Positions 52,643 to 64,000 of a stretch of DNA of 64,000 nucleotides are shown here, in pieces; the stretch's first letter is position 1, and every line of letters begins with the position of its first letter. The notes below the pieces were generated by a model, which worked only from the letters and a program-made list of their open reading frames with translations, had not been told where the DNA came from and did no database searches. This stretch comes from Bugula neritina (lineage: Eukaryota; Animalia; Bryozoa). Both the position numbers and the translations under genes were made by a program. The stretch covers positions 20,815,700 through 20,879,699 of the forward strand of contig OZ037768.1 in NCBI GenBank assembly GCA_964035545.1, read 5' to 3'.

Positions 52643-54043
52643 TGGTTAGATCTGTTTAGTATTCCAAAAAAGGTGACTAGATTTCTGATGTTAACTCAAA
52701 CTGCTCACTATGAATCATAGGTGGTTAATAATAATCTTCATAAGAATTACAACCAAACTGCCAGTCTTACTATAACTAATAGAGTGGTGAATCATTATAA
52801 TCATAATGAATATCACTATATGATTATGGTTATCATTGTAACTACGATAAACAAATTTGTAGAAGAGTTGCAAATGCATACTCAGTTTTAAAAGATAGCT
52901 ACCAGCAACGCAATCATAGTAAACTCATAGTCATAGGTTTAGGTGTTTAGATATACTCATACTGCTAGGACTAAGTACATCACTATATGAATATCTCTTA
53001 TATTAAAAATAAATGAATATAGGTATAACTATAAGTATTGCTATTAGTATTAGTATATATTCAAATTCATATGTACTTTATTATACTTAACTTTATATGA
53101 TAATAACTATAAGTACATCACTATAGGCGGATAAGTAGCAAGTATATTTATAACACTGGCTATACAGTATTACTCAATGACTAAAAGTATAGCTACTTCA
53201 TTTGATCAATATGAATATCAACATGCATATAGTTATACTGATACTCACCAAATTTAATATTGCTTATTCAGTTATTACTTAGTTTTACTTATTAGGTACT
53301 AGTATTACTAATACTTATATTTAAGTGGTAGTTATTTTAGTTCTACTACTGTTCTGCTGTTCTCATTCTGTTAGTTTTACTTATACTTATAGCTATTATA
53401 TTTATAGTATTAGTAATAATTGTATTAATAGTAATACTAAGTCTAATACTAATAGACTAATACTAATACTAAATCTAATAGTAATAGTAATACTAATACT
53501 AATAGTAAATGTAATACCGAAAGTAAAACCGATAGAAGATCAAAATAAGTTGCTAAAAAATAAACTAAATTAGGTTTTGCTGATACTGATAACTGATGAG
53601 TCATAAGTGATAACATTAATTTTAAGTTTAACAATCTCTGATTACATTTAGTTTTACTGAGAGTCATACTCATAGTGATTACTCACTCTCAGTCTCATAC
53701 TGATACTCATGATGATATTGATATTAATACTAATAGTAATAGTAATACCAGTATTACTTTCAGTTTTACAGTCTTAGTAATATTGATAGTGATAGTCTTA
53801 TTGTAAGAGTTAGATTAGGAGTAACAGTAAGTGATGTGTTTTCAGTTCTGGTGTTAACCCAACACAAAACTTTAACTACTGAAGTTTTCATTTTAATTCC
53901 AACTTCAGGAATGAGGAATGGTTCAATAATTATCTATTAGTAAGCTTAAATATTGTAGGAATAAGTCTAATTATCCACTACTCATTCTACCAGTGTAAGT
54001 ACTATGGTTAATAATAATAATATAAGTATAATTACTTACTCAC

Positions 54044-54540
54044 AGTCAGTGTCTCAATAGTGTGATACTGAGCTTGATGAAAAATAATTAACCATCACAT
54101 ACGTTGCTTGAGCGTGACATTAAAGATATAGAAAGTACTTTCAAGTACAAGAAGAGATCATTGATTTAAACTCCGCCTACTTCATTTTTTGTGTGCATGA
54201 ACAATATTTATTTTACCTAAGTCATTTTTTCAACCAACATCTTACTTATAATTTAGTTGACATTTATTTATTTAATATGCATTAGAAATGTAGCTTTTTT
54301 TCAATTCCATAGTTCACAAAGGTGAAAATTTACCAAAATGACAAAAAATTTCAAAACCAGAGTTGTCCTCTTTCCTGAGCAGTATCAATAATTGATTACG
54401 AGAGTTGAAGGGGTTCAGTTATACTAAAATTTTTAGGTGGTGTAAAAGACAGCTGGACAGTGGACTATCACGTCTAAACCCATTGTGCTGTCGTCAAAAA
54501 GCTCTATATTAACCATTAGATGTTAAGTTTCCATCTTGTA
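54044..54540. promoter_or_regulatory. Probable bidirectional promoter (CUB-LDLa gene / NAPG)
   Basis: Head-to-head genes whose first coding exons both begin after an acceptor. Minus-strand donor GTGAGTAAG at 54043. Locally retained CpGs and a CTCCGCCTAC GC-box-like element near 54171. Confidence 0.45.
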
Positions 54541-55983
54541 TTTAGTTTTATATAAAAATCACTTTTAAAAATTAGCTTCAACTTGAAGATCAAAATCTTG
54601 AAGTTGATGAACTTGAACTTCAATTTCAAACTTGAACTTGAAGTTAAACCTAACTTGAACTTAAAGTTGATAAATAAATGTGAATATTCATTTTATTATA
54701 TGTATTTAATTAAGTATTATTATATATTGTTACATTATTATCTCAATTTGGTTTTAATAATGATAATAATAATATTAATTGTCCTTCACTCATACTATGA
54801 GTATGAGTCATAGTCATTGCCAAACTCAATCACAATCATGACATTCACATTGTGAATGTCATTGTGATTGTGTAACACCAACTCTAATAATAATTCACCA
54901 ATAGTAATGTAAACTGAAAAGTAACAGTAAAATTATAAGTGTAAAGTTAAAACTAAAAATACCTCACCCTGCACTGGCTAATGATCATCATACTCAGTCA
55001 TACTGATAGTCACAGTGATACTATTAGTATTACTAATACTATTAGTATTACTATTAGCCTACTATTGTCTGAGAGAGAGAGAGTGTTGTCTATTAGTATT
55101 ATTACTAAAAGTAAATACTAATAGTAATACTATCATAGTGTTAGTCATACTAATTATCAGATCACTGTGACTATGTCTATAGGTATTAGTAATGACTAAT
55201 GAATATTGGGTATTGGTGCCATCAGTGGTCATAGAAAAAAAACTAAAACTACCAGTACCACGTCTACTATGGGTATTACCATTGGTATTATACTATGCCT
55301 GGGTGAGTACTGAGTAGGTCTAGTGTTACTGTCGAAAGTTCAGTTACGAAGTAATACTATTACTACTATCAAAGTTTAAAACTAAAAGACCTATGGCTTT
55401 ATCTGAACTTAAGGGCCAGGATCTCGTATTCTTAAGTTTATAAATAAAAATACTAATAGTAATACAAAGACTAATACTAATAGTAGTCATAGGAAGCAAT
55501 TAATATTATAAGTGTTAATCATTAATGATTAATGTGGTACTACTAGCACTAGGAGAAATTCAAATTAAGACTACGAGTAATAAGATGACAGACCTTCTAG
55601 TAAAAAATCATAATGCTCCTGCTTGCACTACTACCCACACCCACCATTGAAGATTATACTCATATTGTCTCATGGCAATAGGGATACTGAAACAATAATT
55701 GCCAATTTAAGCAATGCCTCCATGTTTTGCTGCATTCCAATCTGTAGATTAAGATATAATTGACTAATAATAATTTACTACTGTTAAACGCCCTTTTCAT
55801 TATCACAGTATCCTGCTTAAAACCATCCTTTGACTGATTCATGTCTCATCGAAAGGTTGGAAAACTGTGATAGTAGGATACTGTGTTGCCACTCGGCTTG
55901 AATTTGGCTAAAACTTATTCCCATCCAATACCACTGTTATGCGCCTACTGATATTAACTATATGGTAATACTTCATTGGTAAA

Positions 55984-56146
55984 AGCAGCCGTAGTGTAGT
56001 GGTTAGAGTGCTGGCCTAGAAATCACGAGGTCTGTGGTTGGGGTCCAAATACCGGCCCCGGTGTTAGGAAGATCATTCAGTCATAATTGCTTCCGTGCCA
56101 TATCAGAAAAAGTCCTTAACCCGCTTAAAAAAGCTTTTCCATCAAG
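55984..56146 (+). mobile_element. Diverged, 3'-truncated copy of the same tRNA-SINE family
   Basis: AGCAGCCGTAGTGTAGTGGTTAGAG head; GTGTTAGGAAGATCATTCAGTCATAATTGCTTCCGTGCC core; AAGTCCTTAACCC. Confidence 0.7.
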
Positions 56147-56549
56147 AACCTTGCTCAAGTTTAATACTTCATTGCTATTACTTGTTTAATTACACTGGCT
56201 GCCTTTGGTATTCTAAATGAATAATGTGCAGTTGGAATAATGGACTGTCATAATACGGTCATGTAATTTTTTCCGAAAGTATTCGAAGAAAGTAAAAGAT
56301 TTTTGGGGCTTATGGTTTATTTTTATTGCACATCTAAATGAAAGCCCAAGTTTAGTTTTCATATTTGATAAAGCTACTGGTTTAGTACTTCATACTTGTT
56401 ATAGACCTTATTGTTTTGTAATGTAGAACTAACATGTCAACTTTTGGTATAAATGCATTTATACCATTGAAAGCAATGCTGATACAGTTTCTGATAATTT
56501 TTTTATTTTTGCTAATTGTAGTTTAAAGAAAACCGAGTGTAAAGATCAA

Positions 56550-59500
56550 ATGGCCAACAAACTTAAACTAGACGAAGCTAAGAAACATATACAAGCTGCT
56601 GAAAAATGGTAAGAACACAGATGTACATAGTAATATAGGTAGAACTGTTGAAATAATGGCTGAGTCAAAAAAGTAAATTACTTTTATAATAATAATTTAA
56701 TAACATTCTGCCTCACAGTTGCCCAAATATTTTTCTAAATAGAATTTTTTTAAATTCCATTTTCAAAAATCAAATTGAATTGTTTATGCTATGGCTCACC
56801 TTATTTACCTGAAGTTCATTCATTCTATTACTTTGCTGGTGAGTTTTGTCTCTCACCTGCCAGTACCTGCCATTCACATAGCCTTGAGTATAGCCATGTC
56901 AGTGTTTTAGTATGAAGACAAGTTTTACCAAGTGGAATCCTGACCCCGAGGGAGCTGCAAGTGAATATATTAAAGCAGGTAATAAAATTATTTTATTTTG
57001 CTCGGTGGAAAATATTACAGAATGAAAATCACTATATTTAGTGTAAGTTGAATATGCTTGGTCTAGGAATAACATATGAAAAGATGTTGCTATTTTTATT
57101 TACTATTTTAAATATTTTCTCATGGTGGATTGATTGCTAAAAAACTTTACGTAATTTTGATATTTTATATTCTCTATTTAACACTTTGATTAGTCTTTTT
57201 TTGAAATTAGAATTATTTTGGTTTTAAAAGATTTTAAAGAGTCATAACCATTATGGCTGAAAAGTATTTAATTTTAAAATTTTGTTTAAGCAGTTTTAAG
57301 GTTGATTGCATGTTTTACACTTGTGTAAAAGACACACTGTGCACGTTCACTGTATGTTCACTGTGTATGTTCACTGTGTATGTTATGTAGCCGTGGCGTT
57401 CAAGAATGGTCAGGCATTTGCAGAAGCCAAATCAGCCTATGAGAAGGCAGGAGAGTGCCAACTTCAATGTAAACAGCTTTTTCATTCGGCAAAGTAAGTT
57501 GAACATAATCTTAATGATAAAGTGTAGATGTGATTTTGTTAAAGTTGGCTTTATTCTACCTTTGACTCCAGAAAGTTTTTTAATCTACTAGACTATAAAT
57601 AATATCTTTCATATTTGCGGTACTGCACCATCATTTGTCTCTCTGATTTACCTGTTTTCTTTGGTGCCCAGTCTATGTGCAATGCTGTGAGGGTAGTCTT
57701 TCCTGTTGCATATGTTCAAAAAATGGTAACTTTCTGCTTTATTTCATGTTTTACTAAAATTCAAAATGTTATTTATATTTGGCACACAGTGTAAACTTTT
57801 AAATTTGTTAGATTATTGAATTTGATTTTAGATTATTCATCTTGCATTAGTAATTTAAGTCATAAAGAATACTGTATGTCTTGAAGGTCGTTTGAGCAGG
57901 CTGGCTTTATAGCTAAAGAAATGAAGAACTTTGATGAAACAGCCAAGCTGATAGAGAGAGCAACCAACATGTATCTGGAGAATGGAACACCTGACACGGC
58001 AGCCCTGGCACTGCTGCGTGCTGCCAAGTATGTCCTGTTATTCTACTAATTGATGTGAGATAGTCTGAAATTAGAGATAGCCTGAGAGTTAGGCTAATCT
58101 TTTGATTAACCAGCCAAACAATTGTAAAATTAAACCACGCTGAAATTACTCACTGAAGATAGTTATGTAGAGGTTTTCATTAGATTTTGTAGTCAATAAT
58201 AACTCTGTTTAAACTTAGACACTTAAATTTAGTGGCAAGTGGTGTATTTAGTTTGCAGTCCTTTCATGTTGAGTAATGCTACAGGATACAAATAAATACT
58301 GTATTCAGCCGACAGTCCTTTCATGTTGGTGCTGTTACAGGATGATAGAGTCTGAGCGTGCTGACAGGGCTGTAAAGATGTACATGAAAGCTGCCGGCAT
58401 ATATGAGGTGTGACTATAGCACAATACTGAGTAGTTTATCAATATAATGCTTATTATGACTCGTTTAATGGGAAGTATATCGATATAATGTAGAAGCTGA
58501 ATAGTATGCCTTAACTCAACAGCGTCAGTTAATGATAATTATTGTTATCTTATGACATCAGAGAGAGGGAAACAGCAGGCAGGCTGCCGATGCCATCAGG
58601 TCAGCCCCACGCCTTCTGATTCGAACTGACAAGTGAGTAGCTTTGCTGACTACTTCAGCTATCATCTCTAGTTTGTGTCTAAGTGGTGTTGCGGCAACTG
58701 CTTATAGTTCCTTTTCCTAATTTTGGCAAAACCGTCTTTTTGGGTATTTTTAACTTTTGTAACGCCGATAGATCCATACAGTAAAGCTGGTGCTAACATC
58801 AAACTGCCTTGCCTACTGACAGTTTTATTTTAGCACCAGCTATATTTTAATAATAGTTAGCGGTATACTGCATCGTGTTATTTTACATCCTTCATGTTTA
58901 TATAATACTCTGCAGTGTAATATATTATATCCCTTCAAGTTATATTATATTATTATATATATGTTATGATGTCAGACACGACGAGGCCGTCACGGCCCTA
59001 CAGAGAGAGATCAACTACAATGCTGAAGGTGAATGCTACGAGATAGTCAACCGTCTGGTGGTATGTATGGTGCTGCTCCATCTCTACAGGGGAGACTGTG
59101 TCGCAGCGGACAAGGCGTTCAAACATGCTTATGTGTAAGTCTGTCTGTCTGTCTGTCTATGGCATTTTGTTCTCGGTTCAAAAGAAGTTGTCTTCTTTTT
59201 TGCACTATGATGCAATCACAACAAACAAGCGTTGAACTTAATCTATTTTATGGTGTTAATAAAAACTACAATCAGAACTGCCAGTTTAAGTAGTTTCATA
59301 TCTGAATTCTTTTAAAATGTTGCCCTAGGATAAATTAGTTGTCTAACATATTTGTGTGATGAAAGCTTCTTGTTTTGTCTGCTGTGTTTTACCCTGCGAC
59401 TATAAAACCGGCGTGAGTTTTTATTTCCTCGTAGGACTTTATAGCTGAGGTTTATAGTGTTGTTCCCCTTGTAGTTATAGTTAAAGTTTACAGTGTTAAT

Positions 59501-60063
59501 CTCCTTGTAGTTATCCTGCATTCAGTGGTTGTGAAGAAGCAGACGCGGTAGAGCAACTTCTAGAAGCTATGAATCAGGGAGATGAGGCGCAAGCGGCTAC
59601 TATACTCAACTCACCACTTTTCAAATACCTTGACAACGATGTAAGTGTAAACAACCGCTGTATTGTATCAGTTATACACCATTTAGTAATTGTGGTAAAA
59701 CAGTGAACTTTCAGTTAATCGAGTAATGAAGCAATTTACGTATATATGTGGATAACACAAACTGAAGATGTTGGCTCAAAAAGGATCGTTCTTCTACTCT
59801 GAAAAGATATGGGCAGCCTATTTGTGTGCACAGTTTGACGGCTCTAATTGTTGAAAAGCTTTGCCTGCTTTATGCACCCACAATGCACTACCTTGACACT
59901 TGGTGTATGTTACTGCTTATACTTTTAGTTTGCCAAACTGGCTAGAGACTTGAGAGAAAACCCCCCAGATGGCTTGTTCTTCTCTGGAGGCTCGTCTGCT
60001 AAGAACTCCGATGCTGCCGCTGCCAATGAGAGTGAAGAGGAATATCCAGAGGGTTTGCTCTGA
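56550..60063 (+). CDS. NAPG: Gamma-soluble NSF attachment protein (gamma-SNAP), ~310 aa
   Basis: Exons 56550-56608, 56911-56978, 57391-57493, 57887-58027, 58341-58407, 58562-58632, 58976-59134, 59511-59640, 59929-60063. Motifs AEKCMKTSFTKWNPD..AASEYIKAAVAFKN, LFHSAKSFEQAG, YLENGTPDTAALAL, FKYLDNDFAKLA, acidic tail EEEYPEGLL*. Confidence 0.93.
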
Positions 60064-61355
60064 GCTCGTGGTGTGGCTGTGTAATATGACTCAATTTATC
60101 TCTTTACATCTAGTCATTTCATTGTTTGCTACTTTTGCTTCTGTCACAATCAAGTGAGCAGTGAAAAGAACAATCACAGTTTCACACCTTCCAGACCCGA
60201 GAGTAGGTCTGACTGTGTTTATTGTACAGATATCGTAAATTTATTACTAGACATCAACTACGCCTATTGCCAGATTATTTAACCCTGTCTTCCAGTACTT
60301 TCTTGTGGTAATATTTGTTGTTGATCTCTTCTGGAGCACTGTTTATCTGCAAAATTTTTCCTTGCCCGTAGGTTGGACATCTTTTGCAAGTAGAATATTG
60401 TGAATTGGTGAGAAAGTATGAGGTTAAGTACAATGTATACAGTATGCGCATTCATAGGTACCCTTTTCATGCAGCTTGTTGGGGTTTCATATTCTGATGG
60501 CAAATGAATATTTTAATTTTCTTTTTGACTTCAAGTTTCACAATAATAGTAATATATCATTTGTTAGTGAAAGTAAAAATTAGATTTATATAAATTACCA
60601 TTTTGTATTCACATATTTATATTTTGTTTCCATTGAACATATTTTTTATAAAATTATGTTTTGTTGTAAATTTATTGACTATCTTGTTTTCACTGATTTG
60701 TATATATATACCCACTGACACATGTAGCTGTGGGTTTGATGTACCGAAGCAATCTTGTATTTATATATGTTGACAGTAACTTAGTGGTATTGTAGTCAAT
60801 AACAAAATGTGTAGCAGTCGTATATAAAACCAAACTATTGTGATGGTAAAATTATTTTATTAAAATAAATAGTATTGTTTGAAAATAATGATTGTGTTAT
60901 CGTGTTTAACAGCCTTCAAAATTTTATCAAAATAGTTATTTTATAAACAAATGACTCAAATTTTATTATTTGAGTTATGTTTCAGTACCCTGCAAACAAG
61001 ATAAACATTTTGGAACACTAATTATTGTGAAAGACAAGAAAGACAAATTATAAAACACATAGTAGCCTACATAGAAGAGATATAAACGCTATCATAATAG
61101 AAATCACAGTCCATAAGCTTTCTATTAGTGCTGTGTGATTTTAAGAGGTGAATTTTTTTTAATGTGGTAAGTGAAAATATTTGAGTTAAATGATGAAACT
61201 ACCTGTTTGGTAGCAAGTTTATACTTTAATTTTATTTAAAAAGAGTCAATATTTTACCAGAAACTGTTTCTATTTACATACGTAAATAACTTAAAGTACC
61301 TCTGACCTCTGTACACTCAAATACCATAGCAATAAATTAATTAGTACAAAACAAT

Positions 61356-63685
61356 TCAATTCCGTCTGAGAATATGTGGGGAAATGAGATCAGGGTCAAT
61401 AAGACTGGCCGTGATTGGTTGATCTACTCCAAAATTTGGACCATGGGGATGCCTAACTTTTTTACTTCTTTGCGGAATCGGCAGCTCCGAGTGATGAGCA
61501 GGCAGAGGCTCGGAGAAAAAATACGCATGAAGCAAAGCCTGCAACAAAAAGGTAATTATTTTGGAAGACAACTCCAAACTTGATGTGAATGCTAACTAAA
61601 TTATGTACATTGGTGAGAGAAGTTAAGATGATAGAATAGGTTTAGAAATATAATAATTAAACCCACTCACTTTACTAGATGAGATTCTTTGCTTCGTTGG
61701 GTAGACTAAGAACTGTTTCAGGAGATCAATTGCTACATCTGGGGCGTCTGGGCACAGCTCCTCCAGTGGTACTGGTGTAGACTTGGTGAACTCAATCTTG
61801 CCATAATCTGGAAGCTCTGACACTCCCTATTGAATGAAATAATAGTTGTGAGTTAAAAATAGAACAGCAGTTTTGGGTCTACAATCTAGAAGACACCATT
61901 AATATGAAACCAGATAATGAAATTTCAGATCATAACTTTTTTAACCAATCAGCCGGTAGTTAGCAATGAACAGGAGAAGAGAGTTTAATAAAATCTATAA
62001 AATCTGTATAAAGCTGACAAACATGAAGACAACTCCAGCTTTTATATTCAGTTTCCTATATAATGAGCAATAAAGAGTTGGTTTAGAATTGTCTTCTCTC
62101 AACAACTATACGTGAACACTTACTGGCCAGTTCTGCTCAGTGGGAGTACCCAGACACTGTAGGACTTTACACAACTGTTCAATATCACTGTCTCCCTATA
62201 CAGGAACACAATAGTTAACCATATGATACAGTGTAATGAATATTTTTTCTGTAAACAGCTTATATTTGATTAATATACAATGAAAGCTGAAGTATATTAT
62301 TGCAAATTACAACAAACAAACCTACTTTGAGGTTAAATAGGTGTTATTATAGTTTAATAATTACATAGTAAATAAAGAAGAATAATATATTATAATAATT
62401 ACAATGCATAATTATTATAATTTCAAAATTATTAGTTTTTCACAGTGTGTTAGGAGTACAGTCTAACTTGCTAGAATACATATTATTGAAAAACTAATAA
62501 TTAACCAATCATCACGGAATCGCTGTCCAATCGTTGACTATTATAAATTCTTTCATATAATATGACACTAATATAGGATGCTACCAGATTGCATAATTCA
62601 TCTGTCTTGCAAATCTTAATTCTATCTACCATTTTAATGCCTTTAAATAACTAAATTGATTTGTATCATGCAACTTGAAACAATTTAACTCATTATATTA
62701 GCTAGTTTAGTTAATAAGTTGAATAAATGTGGTAATTAAACCAAATTGTATTTAAATTTATAAAGAAATTATTGAAGATATAGCATTATTTCAAATACAG
62801 GAGTGTTTATACGTCATGTACATACAGGAGTGTATAAATACAAGAGTGTATACATACAGGGAAAAGGGGGGAGCTGTTGAGAAGTTCACCAAATATACAG
62901 CCAACAGCCCAGAGGTCTACACCTTCATCATACTTCCTGGCACCATACAGAAGTTCAGGAGCTCTGTACCACCTTTGTGACATACATACCACTTTTATAT
63001 ACAGTCATATATAATATATGTACCACCTTTATATACAGTCATATATGTACCACCTTTATATACAGTTATATATATACCAACTTTACATACAGTCATATAC
63101 GTACCACCTTTACATACAGCTATATATGTACCAGCTTTACATACAGTCATATATAATATATGTACCACCTTTATATACAGTTATATATGTACCACCTCTA
63201 TATACAATCATGTAATATATATACCACCTATATACACACAGTCATGAAATGTACATACATTTTTATACATGGTCATATAAATATACTAACTGATGCAATC
63301 ACAATGATTCACTTCATCTTAGTTCAAATACTTAATAATTAAACAAGACCAATAACTATTCCTGCTTTCACAACCCAATAACAAAATGAGTAAACAATTT
63401 TATGTTGACTGGTGGTTCAACAACCAACAATATTCTCACCTGGTGGTTCAATAATCAATAATATTCTCACCTGGTGGTTCAATAACCAATAATATTCTCA
63501 CCTGGTGGTTCAATAACCAATAATATTCTCACCTGGTGGTTTAATAACCAATAATATTCTCACCTGGTGGCAACCTGATGACTGTATAATCTGCCAGAAT
63601 TATTTTGAAAAACTCTTGCCAGTCCAAAGTCAGCTATTTTTAGAACTCCAGTTGGACTGATGAGTAAGTTAGCTGGTTTGAGATC
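61356..63685 (-). CDS. CDK20: Cyclin-dependent kinase 20 (CCRK), 5' exons beyond the window end
   Basis: Exons 63685-63564, 62972-62858, 62195-62124, 61826-61671, 61538-61356. Motifs [77 protein letters not shown]. Confidence 0.95.
62967..63243 (-). repeat. 27-bp minisatellite containing the CDK20 acceptor junction
   Basis: About 9 copies of TACCACCTTT on the + strand (AAAG|GTGGTA on the minus strand). Confidence 0.88.
63409..63570 (-). repeat. 31-bp minisatellite containing the CDK20 donor junction
   Basis: 5 copies of CCACCAG|GTGAGAATATT (minus strand), spaced exactly 31 bp apart (63440, 63471, 63502, 63533, 63564). Confidence 0.92.
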
Positions 63686-64000
63686 CTGTATAATAATAGA
63701 AGTCATGATGCATAGACAAACTTTACATCTCTTAATTATATAGCATTCTATACATGTTTTTGTTTATAAGTAAACACACCAACAAAAAACTATATACAAA
63801 TTGGGTAGCTTAGAGTATGCTATGGTACTATCTAATGCAAAATTAATTGAATTAAATTTCAATAGACAAATATTATTAACATAACTATAGGTAAATCTGA
63901 CAACTTAAACAAGTTCTGTTCTGTTCATAAAAAACTTGAAGCACATGTTGAAGCAAAATATATAACATTTCACAGCATAGTATGGTATGTATAGTATACA

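Noticed and set aside
60061-60120. TGA stop of NAPG followed by an ATGACT...AGTCAT hairpin (readthrough or SECIS?)
   Set aside because: The protein ends at the conserved position, and the hairpin lacks SECIS geometry and readthrough context.

Overview
Intron-rich, AT-rich eukaryotic DNA from an invertebrate animal, probably a lophotrochozoan (inferred from gene content; not determinable with certainty). Six spliced genes can be reconstructed by hand with consistent exon phases and GT-AG introns. In order: RAPGEF2/6-like PDZ-GEF (+, 5'-truncated), a PCTAIRE kinase CDK16/17-like (-), a somatomedin-B-containing secretin/Methuselah-like 7TM GPCR (+), a CUB-LDLa single-pass membrane protein (-), gamma-SNAP NAPG (+), and CDK20 (-, 5'-truncated). 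Non-genic content includes a tRNA-derived SINE family (5 copies, 2 with TSDs), a hAT-type MITE, and many mini- and microsatellites. Four observations stand out. (1) In all six genes, intronic tandem repeats or duplications copy the exon-intron junction itself, creating arrays of decoy donor or acceptor sites. (2) Promoter-proximal first introns of unrelated genes carry a shared ~6-bp-periodic sequence vocabulary. (3) There is a candidate 9-nt RKR microexon in RAPGEF2. (4) The PCTAIRE kinase has several alternative first exons and a duplicated RRxSL phosphosite.
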